Positions 18,915 through 28,299 of a stretch of 64,000 nt of DNA are shown here, piece after piece. A program made the position numbers and the translations under genes. Positions within the stretch are counted from its first letter, which is position 1; each line of letters opens with the position of its first letter. Source of the DNA: Fidelibacterota bacterium (GTDB lineage: Bacteria > Fidelibacterota > Marinisomatia > Marinisomatales > JACNKV01); assembly GCA_014381855.1 (NCBI GenBank), contig JACNKV010000035.1, forward strand, positions 16,080 to 80,079, given 5' to 3'. A model generated the notes under the pieces. The model was not told the DNA's origin. It saw nothing but the letters and a program-made list of their open reading frames with translations, and ran no database searches.

Positions 18915-21900
18915 CTACTTTTTAATTTCTTCTAATATTCCCAGAATTTCTTCCGGTTTATCGACAACGAATTTTGCACCGCTGTTCCATAATTCTTTTT
19001 CACATCGAAACCCCCATTTGACTCCTACAGCCGTCATTCCGGCATTATTTGCCGTTTTCATATCAATATTGGTGTCTCCAATGTACAAACAATCTTCCGG
19101 CTCTGCCCCGAGTCGCTTTGCGATATCCAAAACGCCTGCTGTATCCGGTTTAGGTGGGTATTTTTCATTTACGCCATTTACTTCAAAATCCCATTTTGAC
19201 AAAAATTCAGCATCACATTCTAAGGCAAATTGATGCGGTTTGTTGGTGAAAACTCCAAGTACAATATTACGTTTAGTAAGCTTGTCAAGAAGTTTAGGAA
19301 TCCCGTCATACAATTTTGATTTTGTATTTAAATTGCCTCGATATACAACTTTTAGTTCGGTTAAATATTTTTCTACAGATGCTTTGTCGCGTAATTCTTC
19401 CGGTAATGCTATTTCCATCAAATGTTCAATCCCGCTTCCAACAAAATAACGGTATTGTTCAATAGTGTGCGTAGGTAGTTTATATTTTTTCAGGACTGTA
19501 TTTACCGAATCACCTATATCTTCAAGAGTATTTAGCAGTGTTCCGTCCATATCAAAAATGACGGCTTTTTTTCTCAGCAGGGAATTCACTTGTTTATTAA
19601 TCAACGATTCGATGTTGCCGGTGCCGGAACCACGGAGCGATTTATGAATTGAAGAATAGAGACCATCTGAATCTTGCACAATTCGTATATTCATAAATAC
19701 TTGAGTTTGGTAGCCTTGAAGCTGAATAAATAATCCGTCACGACAAAATTCTGTAGCATGCCGTATGTATTCCAGACCTGAAATCGTATCTGAAAAAATG
19801 ATATAAGTATTTTCATTATTAGGGATGTTTAGTGCTTTATAAATAGATACAGTTTGATTATTATTGGTTTTTGACGGTTCTGATTTATTAATCCAACCAG
19901 CCGTATTTTTGATTGAATTATTGTATATCACTAAGGTAGATGTTTCATGCCGTCTGTTCGAGTAAACAAAAACACTTTCGTCAATGCTTTTATCCTGTTT
20001 TATTAAGGGAAATAAGGAAAAATGATCGACACCTGAAAACAGATGCCGGTGTTTTAATAGTGGAGTGATAATCCGATAATGATGGTCAATAAATCCCTGA
20101 TCAGGATTTTCTTCCCGGTACGCTTTACGAAACTCCATTCCATATTTTTCTTCAAATCCTTCAATTTGACCATGACCAAACATTGGCAATCCGGGCAAGG
20201 TACACATCATGATGGTAACACCAAAATACTTATCCGCTTTTCCAAACTGTGCCACAGCTGTATCTTCATCCGGATTATTTAAGAAGTTAACATAACGTTT
20301 CAGGATTTGCGGGTCATACTCAAGCGTTTTTTTGATTAACTCACGGTATTCTGAATTTCGCTCAATTTTCAGCATATTCATAAAAGCACTGTTATAGACT
20401 CTGTGCATACCCAATGTGCGCACAAAATAACCCTCCATCATCCAAAATGCTTCGGCAAGTAGTAATGTGTCCGGAACTTCCTCAGCGACCCGATCAACAA
20501 CTTCCCTCCAAAATTCTTTTGGAATGGCAGATTGAAAATCACGATCAGACATCGCATACTGCCATCGAGAAGGAATTCCGCCGCCTTCACCAGGTGGAGG
20601 AAACCAAAGTCGCTGAATATGCTTTTTTGCTAGTGTCATGGCGGCATCAAATCGAATAATCTGGAAGGTTTTGGCTATCTTGATAATTGTTTGAATCACA
20701 GTCTCACGTAATTCGGGATTCAGATAATTTAATTGAGCTGTGTCATTCCACGGCATGGATGTTCCGTCATTCCCATGATAGATGTATTTTACATTGCCAT
20801 CTATTTTATCAACCAGTTTAAATGTAACAGCAGCATCGCTGTGATTGAAGTAATGGTCTTCTAAATATACCTCAATTTTATCATGAGAAGAAATATTTTG
20901 ATTTGTATAACGGTAAGAAGGAAACGATGGTTGGTCAGCGGAGATATACCAGTCGGGATGTTTTGCGAGCCAGGGGGAGTCTAATCCAGTGTGGTTTGGT
21001 ACTATATCGCCGGCAAGACGAACCCCCCTTTTTAAGCAACGATCTTTTAAGTTATTCAACGCATCCCATCCACCCAATTCATCAGAAATATCATATTCAC
21101 TCAACGAATAGGCAGAAGCCTCAGCTTCGGAATTGCCCATTATGTTTTTTATGGTTTTTGAAGCTGGGCTGCGTTTCCAAATACCGATTAACCATATTGC
21201 ATTGAATCCAAAATCCACTAATTTTTCTATTTCTTTATCCGGAATATGATCGAGACGAGTAATATTACGGTTGTAAAATTTTGATAGCTGATTCATCCAA
21301 ACAAGAGCATTTTTCGCTATCATAACCACATTAGGCATCCAATCTAAATCATGGCTAAAACCTTCAATGTCATTCAAATTACTAAAGTCGGGTAGCTCCT
21401 GAACACCTGAACCTGTTCCACGGAATTTCATTTCTTCAGCGGATTGATCTAAACCCTGCTTTATTTGAGAGGAAAAATCACCTAAGAATTGAGACCAATT
21501 TTTCAAAATGAACCGCAATTGTTTCTCCAAACTATTTGGATACAAGGAAATTGGCTCATATAAAAAAGCCGGTAAAGTTAAGTCTGTATTTCCAACCGGC
21601 TTCTCACCTTTATAAGTCTTGTTCAACAAATCAATCATCGTTTGAAAATCTTGGTCGTTGCTCCATTCTGTATAGTCAAAAAAGGGATATAATGCTTTTG
21701 AAGCAGGATTAACATTTTCGAGCCAGAGTAAGAGAATGTCTTGTTTGGAAATATGACCTTCAATATTAAATTTAATTTTAATAGGGGATGAGATATTCTG
21801 AAAAATATCTGAAAAGTTATCGATATCTTTATGATAATCGTTGAAAATTCGTTCGACTGCCGTAACAATCAATGAAAACAGCCAAATATCAGATGGAATA

Positions 21901-22043
21901 ATTCCTTCAATTTTATCTTTAACTATCTCGGAGAAGCGGTAATAATCAACGTGAGAGGGGAAAGAAATTTTTCCATGTTCATCGTATTGAAACTTTTCCA
22001 ATCCATACGTTTTACGTTTTTGAGTTATAATATGAAATCCCAT
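18915..22043 (-). CDS. fusion protein: large GH13-like alpha-amylase-family domain plus C-terminal HAD-IA phosphatase domain
   Basis: GH13 regions GDIVPNHTG, IIRFDAAMTLAKKH, LLAEAFW and FLNNPDED. The HAD domain occupies the last ~220 aa (about 18918-19570) with motif I FDMDGTLL, motif II VFTNK, a Lys in PPKPD and motif IV GDTNIDMKTA. No signal peptide, so predicted cytoplasmic. Confidence 0.8.
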   Translation of the reverse strand: MGFHIITQKRKTYGLEKFQYDEHGKISFPSHVDYYRFSEIVKDKIEGIIPSDIWLFSLIVTAVERIFNDYHKDIDNFSDIFQNISSPIKIKFNIEGHISKQDILLLWLENVNPASKALYPFFDYTEWSNDQDFQTMIDLLNKTYKGEKPVGNTDLTLPAFLYEPISLYPNSLEKQLRFILKNWSQFLGDFSSQIKQGLDQSAEEMKFRGTGSGVQELPDFSNLNDIEGFSHDLDWMPNVVMIAKNALVWMNQLSKFYNRNITRLDHIPDKEIEKLVDFGFNAIWLIGIWKRSPASKTIKNIMGNSEAEASAYSLSEYDISDELGGWDALNNLKDRCLKRGVRLAGDIVPNHTGLDSPWLAKHPDWYISADQPSFPSYRYTNQNISSHDKIEVYLEDHYFNHSDAAVTFKLVDKIDGNVKYIYHGNDGTSMPWNDTAQLNYLNPELRETVIQTIIKIAKTFQIIRFDAAMTLAKKHIQRLWFPPPGEGGGIPSRWQYAMSDRDFQSAIPKEFWREVVDRVAEEVPDTLLLAEAFWMMEGYFVRTLGMHRVYNSAFMNMLKIERNSEYRELIKKTLEYDPQILKRYVNFLNNPDEDTAVAQFGKADKYFGVTIMMCTLPGLPMFGHGQIEGFEEKYGMEFRKAYREENPDQGFIDHHYRIITPLLKHRHLFSGVDHFSLFPLIKQDKSIDESVFVYSNRRHETSTLVIYNNSIKNTAGWINKSEPSKTNNNQTVSIYKALNIPNNENTYIIFSDTISGLEYIRHATEFCRDGLFIQLQGYQTQVFMNIRIVQDSDGLYSSIHKSLRGSGTGNIESLINKQVNSLLRKKAVIFDMDGTLLNTLEDIGDSVNTVLKKYKLPTHTIEQYRYFVGSGIEHLMEIALPEELRDKASVEKYLTELKVVYRGNLNTKSKLYDGIPKLLDKLTKRNIVLGVFTNKPHQFALECDAEFLSKWDFEVNGVNEKYPPKPDTAGVLDIAKRLGAEPEDCLYIGDTNIDMKTANNAGMTAVGVKWGFRCEKELWNSGAKFVVDKPEEILGILEEIKK

Positions 22044-22067
22044 AAGGTGATACAGTTCAAATGTTGA

Positions 22068-23744
22068 TCATTTTTTACTATAGTACCGTTCGTTATAATC
22101 TTGAATCATCCTATGCGCTGTGTACTGTACACTTGTTTTGATGGACTCCCGCATGAGGTTTAGCCAAATATCGTGATCGGAATAATAAGCAGGGATGACC
22201 TCCTTCTCAAGCGTGTTGTACAATGATGCGGCATCACGTTCATCATCAGCCTTGTCAGGATTACCAATCGCCCATCCGTTCTCACCATGTCGACAGGCTT
22301 CTGCCCACCAACCATCAAGGATAGACAGGTTCGGAATCCCGTTAAGTGCTGCTTTCATTCCGCTGGTTCCGGACGCTTCATTGGGACGAAGAGGAGTGTT
22401 TACCCAGACATCCACTCCGGAAGTGATAAGTTTCCCGAGCCACATATTGTAATTTTCCAGAAAGACCACTTTAACTTTCCCAAAAAGACGGTTGGCATCT
22501 TCTACAATGTTTTGAATTATCTGCTTTCCTCCTCTGTCATTTGGATGAGCTTTTCCAGCAAACACAATTTGGAGTTTTCCTTCACTAATTTCGATTAATC
22601 GTTCTAAATCATGAAAAATTAATCGAGCTCGTTTGTATTCTGCTGCACGTCTGGCGAATCCGAGGGTGAGCACGTCTTCCGATAAGGCTTTTCCGGTTTG
22701 AGAGTTCGCATATCCTAATAAAAAGTGTTTATGAGATTGATGCATATACAAAAGTTCTTTGTCAGGAATCTCATCTATGTTTAGCAGCTGTTGGGGGTTT
22801 TCTTTCCAGTCGGGAAAATATTTTGTGTATAGTTCTCTGAATTCTTTTCCGACCCAGTATGGATGATATACTCCATTTGTGATTGCACCGATATTAAATT
22901 CAGGAAATTGCTCCTGAGCAACGCCACCGTGAAGCTTAGACACTCCGTTTGCTGACCGACTGAAATACAGTCCTAATTCTGTCATGTGCCAACGACTGTT
23001 TTGTACTAAAGACGGGAGATTTAAATTGTCAGGCAGTAAGTTGTGCAGCAACTTGTCACACCGTTTTTTCGCAAAATGATCGTGACCAGCTTCAACGGGT
23101 GTATGGGTAGTAAAATGACAGTGCTGACGTACGATTTCTTCGTTATTGTTAAATTTATCCAATAAACCTAATGTCAAAAAAGAACAATGTCCCTCATTCA
23201 TGTGATAGGTTTCAATACTTCCGTTTATACCTAACTTTTCAAGTAATTGAATTCCGCCAAAGCCAAGGATTGCTTCCTGAAGTATTCTGTGATCTTTGTC
23301 CCCTGAATAAAGCCGAAGTGTGATGACTCGGTCATCATGGAAATTGTCAGCGACGTCGGTATCAAGAAAATAGATGGGAATTTCATGTCCGGTAATTCCT
23401 TTAAACCTATACTCAAAAGCTTGAATCCACACATCTCTATTTCGTAGTTTGAGCGTGAACATAACCGGAAGTTTTTTCAGCATTGGATATGGGTCGAACC
23501 TTGGAAACGTTTCTGACTGATTTCCTTCTTCATCAATCCGTTGTTTAAAGTATCCTTCTTTATACAATAAGGTAACGGCACACATATTCAATCCGGCATC
23601 TGCAGATGATTTTATGTGATCACCTGCTAATACACCTAATCCGCCGCTATAAGTCGGTAACTGTGATGAAATGCCGATTTCTGCACTAAAATAGGCAATG
23701 GTGAAATCTGTATTTTTTGCGAGACGTGAATCACTGTTTGTCAT
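22068..23744 (-). CDS. glgP: alpha-glucan phosphorylase (GT35, short maltodextrin-phosphorylase type)
   Basis: SGGLGVLAGDHIKSSADAGL N-terminal signature and EASGTSGMKAALNG pyridoxal-phosphate Lys region. Overlaps the malQ stop by 4 nt. Confidence 0.9.
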   Translation of the reverse strand: MTNSDSRLAKNTDFTIAYFSAEIGISSQLPTYSGGLGVLAGDHIKSSADAGLNMCAVTLLYKEGYFKQRIDEEGNQSETFPRFDPYPMLKKLPVMFTLKLRNRDVWIQAFEYRFKGITGHEIPIYFLDTDVADNFHDDRVITLRLYSGDKDHRILQEAILGFGGIQLLEKLGINGSIETYHMNEGHCSFLTLGLLDKFNNNEEIVRQHCHFTTHTPVEAGHDHFAKKRCDKLLHNLLPDNLNLPSLVQNSRWHMTELGLYFSRSANGVSKLHGGVAQEQFPEFNIGAITNGVYHPYWVGKEFRELYTKYFPDWKENPQQLLNIDEIPDKELLYMHQSHKHFLLGYANSQTGKALSEDVLTLGFARRAAEYKRARLIFHDLERLIEISEGKLQIVFAGKAHPNDRGGKQIIQNIVEDANRLFGKVKVVFLENYNMWLGKLITSGVDVWVNTPLRPNEASGTSGMKAALNGIPNLSILDGWWAEACRHGENGWAIGNPDKADDERDAASLYNTLEKEVIPAYYSDHDIWLNLMRESIKTSVQYTAHRMIQDYNERYYSKK

Positions 23745-25255
23745 TTTGTCCTGTTATATTTATTGGTTAGGTGTTTTAAACGGGTAATCATTTTGTCTGA
23801 GAGCATATCCCATGTGAATCTCCATGTCCAATTTCCATTGGCTGTCCCCGGGATGTTCATTCGTGCCTTTGAATCAAGACCCATTACATCTTGTAAAGGA
23901 ATAATGGTCGTGTTGGCAGGTGTCTGTAACGCAAGATCAATCATATCCCAATGAATTTCAGAACCGTCTGTCTCAAAATACTCCAATACGTTTTTTCTTT
24001 CAGCAGAAATTTCATCTTCTGTTTGGGCTCGTCCCTGTCCTGAGTGCATTGTAAACCAGCCCTTGGTGGTGTCATTATCGTGAGTTCCAGTGTAAACGAC
24101 GCAGGATTTAGGATAATCCATTGGGTCTTCATTTTCTCCAAAGGCAAACTGTAGAATCTTTAATCCTGGGAATTCAAATATTTTACGAACAGGCTCGGCC
24201 TCTTTTGATGCTTCACCCAAATCTTCAGCAATGATGGGCAACGGACCTAATTCTTGAGTGATAACGTTGAAAAAGTCTTCACCAGGACCTTGTATCCAGC
24301 GACCATTTTTTGCATTTTTTGAATTCGCTGGGACTTCCCAATATTTTACAAATCCATTAAAATGATCAATGCGGACTATATCGACCATTGTAAACAATTT
24401 TTTTATCTGAGATACCCACCATTTGTATCTGGTCTTTTTGTGAACATCCCAGTTGTAGATTGGATTTCCCCAAAGCTGCCCGGTTTCACTAAAATAACAC
24501 GGTGGGGCTCCAGATAGTCTGTCCATTTTTCCATCACAATCAAGATGGAACAATGATTGATTTGCCCAGACATCCACACTGTCATAGGCAACGTAAATCG
24601 GAATATCCCCAATGATTCGCACATTACGTTTGTGGGCATAATCGATTAAACTATGCCATTGATCATGAAAAAGGAACTGAAGAATTTTTACTTTTAGTAT
24701 GTCAGATTTATATTTTTCTGCGATTTCAGATAATGCATCAGGATTTCTATGTTTATACTCCCATTTCCAGTCAGCCCAAGCTTGGTTATTATGTAATTCT
24801 TTTAAAGTGATAAACAGGGCAAAATCATCTAACCACACACTATTTGTCGAACAAAATTCACGGAAATTTTCGATGAACTCTTTAGAAGCTCGGGACTGAA
24901 AATTTTCCGCCACGATATTTAATATAGATGAGCGTAAAGAAAATACGGAATTGGAGTCTATATGGATTTCGGAGAGAGTATTTAAGGTTTGTACTTCACT
25001 TGTTTTTAGATATCCATTTTTAATGAGCAACTCAAAGCTGATAAGTAAAGGATTACCTGCAAATGATGAAAGTGATTGATATGGTGAGGCACTAAGGCCT
25101 GTAGGACCAATGGGAAGAATTTGCCATAAATGCTGCCCCATTGTTTTTAATCGGTCAATGAATGTATAGGCATGCGGACCAATTTCTCCGATTCCGTATT
25201 GCCCGGGAAGAGATGTAATATGCAGTAAAATACCGCTTGAACGATGGAATACCAT
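23741..25255 (-). CDS. malQ: 4-alpha-glucanotransferase (amylomaltase, GH77)
   Basis: SSGILLHITSLPGQYGIGEIG start, VRIDHFNGF, IAEDLG and GTHDNDT motifs. Length is 504 aa. Confidence 0.92.
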   Translation of the reverse strand: MVFHRSSGILLHITSLPGQYGIGEIGPHAYTFIDRLKTMGQHLWQILPIGPTGLSASPYQSLSSFAGNPLLISFELLIKNGYLKTSEVQTLNTLSEIHIDSNSVFSLRSSILNIVAENFQSRASKEFIENFREFCSTNSVWLDDFALFITLKELHNNQAWADWKWEYKHRNPDALSEIAEKYKSDILKVKILQFLFHDQWHSLIDYAHKRNVRIIGDIPIYVAYDSVDVWANQSLFHLDCDGKMDRLSGAPPCYFSETGQLWGNPIYNWDVHKKTRYKWWVSQIKKLFTMVDIVRIDHFNGFVKYWEVPANSKNAKNGRWIQGPGEDFFNVITQELGPLPIIAEDLGEASKEAEPVRKIFEFPGLKILQFAFGENEDPMDYPKSCVVYTGTHDNDTTKGWFTMHSGQGRAQTEDEISAERKNVLEYFETDGSEIHWDMIDLALQTPANTTIIPLQDVMGLDSKARMNIPGTANGNWTWRFTWDMLSDKMITRLKHLTNKYNRTK

Positions 25256-25286
25256 TTGAAAAATGCTTTCTAATAAAGAAGGTTAA

Positions 25287-25487
25287 TTATTCTGTTTTAT
25301 TTAATAGTGAAATAAAATCTAATTCGAGAGTTTGGATTTTACCATCTACATCCTCACGATATAACGTCAATTTAGTGTCAGGATTTTCTGCAACTGTCCA
25401 TTCGATTTCATTTAAAATGACAGAATCGCCAACCGCAATGGATTTGATTTCTGGTTTTGTTCCTGTGTCCAAGTTTATTATCTTCAT
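25287..25487 (-). CDS. small acidic hypothetical protein (66 aa from the ATG; the ORF track gives 72 aa from a TTG)
   Basis: The ATG at 25487 is preceded by an AGGAG RBS. The gene lies between the TrmB-like regulator and malQ on the same strand. I recognise no family. Confidence 0.5.
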   Translation of the reverse strand: MKIINLDTGTKPEIKSIAVGDSVILNEIEWTVAENPDTKLTLYREDVDGKIQTLELDFISLLNKTE

Positions 25488-25501
25488 GAGAGTGCTCCTA
25501 T

Positions 25502-26311
25502 TCAAATGTCTGCCAATAAACTGTCTAAACGAATATCCGGTCTCCGCATAATTTTTTTCACAATCGGATTCGGGTCAAAATCTAACCTTTGTCCGGCTAG
25601 GGTGATGTCAAGGATGATATGATTTGTAGCAATTTCAGTGATTGCTTTATTTTTTGTAAATATCGTTCTGCTGTCATTATGTTCAACCGTGCTACCCATT
25701 ATCGTCGTGGTTTGGTCGGCAACTAAAATAATTTTTGGATTCCATACTTTTAAAAGATCGACTTCATCTAAACTATAACTGACGGTTGTCCCAATATCTT
25801 CTTTAAGTTTGCAGAAAGAAAATAGCGTAATATCAACATCTCTATTCACAGCATCTTTTAATTCTCTTCCCAACGTAGTAACTTCTTGTCGCCATGCGCT
25901 TAGGATAATTTTACCTTGAGCATGATTAATAATTTCTTTCGCTTTCATGATTAGGTTACGATACCCGTGTAGGTGCCAAAAATCGAAGGCTTCTTCACTG
26001 GTGTTTAAATGGTCAAAAGCCTCGGTAATTTGTTGTACACGGTCTATATGTAAATTATTCATGTGTTCAATCATTGAAGAAGGCGATAGAGCGATATATT
26101 TTTTTGGATTTTCTCCCACAGAATTTATCAAACCTAAGGCCGTTAAGCGATTCAGTACGGAGTAAATAGCCGATCGTGGAACCCCGGAATATGTGCTGAT
26201 TTCATATCCGGTTGCCGGATTATTTTTCAGTAAAGCCAAATATGCCTTACCGGCATTGGAGGGAAGTCCAAATTCCGCAAGTAAATCAATAATTGTTTTT
26301 TCAGTATTCAT
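25502..26311 (-). CDS. TrmB-family sugar-responsive transcriptional regulator
   Basis: N-terminal winged HTH LLAEFGLPSNAGKAYLALLKNNPATGYEISTYSGVPRSAIYSVLNRLTALGLI, followed by a C-terminal TrmB-type sensing domain of appropriate length. It heads the minus-strand malQ-glgP operon. Confidence 0.82.
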   Translation of the reverse strand: MNTEKTIIDLLAEFGLPSNAGKAYLALLKNNPATGYEISTYSGVPRSAIYSVLNRLTALGLINSVGENPKKYIALSPSSMIEHMNNLHIDRVQQITEAFDHLNTSEEAFDFWHLHGYRNLIMKAKEIINHAQGKIILSAWRQEVTTLGRELKDAVNRDVDITLFSFCKLKEDIGTTVSYSLDEVDLLKVWNPKIILVADQTTTIMGSTVEHNDSRTIFTKNKAITEIATNHIILDITLAGQRLDFDPNPIVKKIMRRPDIRLDSLLADI

Positions 26312-26345
26312 AATTTTGTGTGCGTAGTTAATAATTATGTAAAAT

Positions 26346-26360
26346 ATTCATTTGATGAAT
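26346..26360. promoter_or_regulatory. 15-bp perfect palindrome ATTCATTTGATGAAT in the divergent regulatory region
   Basis: ATTCAT-TTG-ATGAAT read directly from the sequence, 35 nt upstream of the TrmB-like start on the minus strand. Function unknown. Confidence 0.3.
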
Positions 26361-26386
26361 TGCAATATTTACTCTAATATCCCAAC

Positions 26387-26408
26387 CGTAACTCACAACA
26401 GAGTTACT
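26387..26408. promoter_or_regulatory. candidate operator, copy B of the palindrome GTAACTC-N6-GAGTTAC
   Basis: CGTAACTC-ACAACA-GAGTTACT followed by AAATTTA, 25 nt before the ATG at 26434. It lies in the gap between the TrmB-like gene (-) and the GH13/receptor operon (+). Confidence 0.6.
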
Positions 26409-26433
26409 AAATTTAATAGAATTTGCCAATTGG

Positions 26434-28299
26434 ATGAAACAAATTAAATTAATAATTAAAGTCCTGCTATTAATCGTAGTTATTGAATCAAACCTCTTCG
26501 GTAACGTACTTCCCGATTGGGCGACGGATGCTGTGTGGTATCAGATATTTCCTGAGAGGTTTAATAATGGAGATCACGCAAACGATCCAACGTTAGCAAG
26601 TACCGTAGGAACATGGCCTTGGCAACATTCTGAGACGTGGAACGTATCACCGTGGACATCTGATTGGTACACCTTTCAGCAATGGGAGGTAGAAAATGGG
26701 AAAGATTTTCGGTACCAATTCCAGCTCCGGCGATACGGAGGTGATTTACAGGGGATCATTGAAAAATTGGATTATCTCCAAGAGTTAGGTGTCAATGCGA
26801 TTTATTTAAATCCGGTATTTGATTCGCCTTCATCTCATAAATACGGAGCGGCAACCTATCATCATATTGATCGACATTTTGGCCCGGACCCTGAAGGTGA
26901 TACCAACATTATTCAATCAGAAAGTCCAAATGACCCATCAACCTGGAAATGGACTTCAGCTGATAAATTATTTCTGCAGCTCGTCGAAGAGGTGCATCGC
27001 CGGGAAATGCATATCATTATAGATGGTGTATTTAATCATGCAGGATTAACATTTTGGGCATTTCAAGATGTCATAGAGAATCGGGAAAAAAGTTCGTACT
27101 ATCATTGGTACTCCATTGATGGAAATGGAATGGAAGACCATTCACATTTGAATGATTATAGAGACTTGCCATCTCAATTTAATCCGGATGGATATCCTCC
27201 TTTACGATATAAAGGGTACGTAGAAGATCTTCCTGCTTTTCGTCAGAACGAAGACGGTCCGGTTAAACCTGTTCGTGAGCACTTTAAGGAAATTGTTCGT
27301 CGTTGGATGGATCCGAACAATGATGGAGATACTTCTGATGGTATTGATGGATGGCGTTTAGATGTCGCCGAACGAATACAAATGTCGTTTTGGGATGAAT
27401 TTTGCGGCTGGGTGAAAGTGATAAACCCGAATGCATACATTACCGGGGAAGTCTGGTGGGAAGACTGGTGGAATAACAAACAATTTAATGCGTCTCCTTG
27501 GCTGAAAGACGGTCGTTTTGATGCCGTGATGAATTATCGATTTGGTGATGCAATGTTCAAGTATTTTATTGACCGGAAAAACCAGATTACTCCATTTGAA
27601 CTGGATATATTGCTTCAACAGGTCAGGGATGAATATCCCCCAAATACGGCTTACGTCTTGCAAAATTGTCTTGGAAGCCATGACATGGAAAGACTTGCCT
27701 CAGCGGTTGTAAATCCAGACAGATTGATAGACCATGCAAACAATACATGGTGGAATAAGGAATTTGACATCCGAAAGCCAAACTCCAAGCAGCAACAGAT
27801 TCAAAAGACAATCATTCTGTTTCAGTTTTCGTATTTGGGAGCACCCTATATCTATTATGGAGATGAAGTAGGAATGTGGGGAGCAGATGACCCGGATTGT
27901 CGCAAACCCATGGTGTGGTCTGAATTTTCTTATGAAAATGAAACCGCACATCCTTGCGACTATTTGGCATGTATTGAAACTAGGCCTGAAGATCGTGTGA
28001 TGGTTGACAAAGATTTATGGAAATATTATCATGATTTGATTGACCTTCGCCATAAACATCCATCCTTGAGACGAGGGAATTACAAGACAGTTTATACAAA
28101 TAGTGAAGGTCTCTTCGTCTTTCAGAGACAGCAGGATAATGAAATAATTATATGCGCATTTAATGGCTCAAACATTCAACAAACAATCCCAAATATTGTT
28201 TTTGAGGGCAAATTTGAAAATTGGTCCATGATATTTGGGGATGATTTTAATAAACAACTTCAAGCAAAATCAGGAAAACTATTTAAAAAGAAATTATGA
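26434..28299 (+). CDS. secreted GH13 enzyme (neopullulanase/cyclomaltodextrinase-like)
   Basis: Signal peptide present. AVWYQIFPERFNNGD, GGDLQGIIEKLDYLQELGVNAIYLNPVF, IIDGVFNHAG, GWRLDVAERI, TGEVWWED and LGSHDMER motifs. Confidence 0.9.
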   Translation: MKQIKLIIKVLLLIVVIESNLFGNVLPDWATDAVWYQIFPERFNNGDHANDPTLASTVGTWPWQHSETWNVSPWTSDWYTFQQWEVENGKDFRYQFQLRRYGGDLQGIIEKLDYLQELGVNAIYLNPVFDSPSSHKYGAATYHHIDRHFGPDPEGDTNIIQSESPNDPSTWKWTSADKLFLQLVEEVHRREMHIIIDGVFNHAGLTFWAFQDVIENREKSSYYHWYSIDGNGMEDHSHLNDYRDLPSQFNPDGYPPLRYKGYVEDLPAFRQNEDGPVKPVREHFKEIVRRWMDPNNDGDTSDGIDGWRLDVAERIQMSFWDEFCGWVKVINPNAYITGEVWWEDWWNNKQFNASPWLKDGRFDAVMNYRFGDAMFKYFIDRKNQITPFELDILLQQVRDEYPPNTAYVLQNCLGSHDMERLASAVVNPDRLIDHANNTWWNKEFDIRKPNSKQQQIQKTIILFQFSYLGAPYIYYGDEVGMWGADDPDCRKPMVWSEFSYENETAHPCDYLACIETRPEDRVMVDKDLWKYYHDLIDLRHKHPSLRRGNYKTVYTNSEGLFVFQRQQDNEIIICAFNGSNIQQTIPNIVFEGKFENWSMIFGDDFNKQLQAKSGKLFKKKL

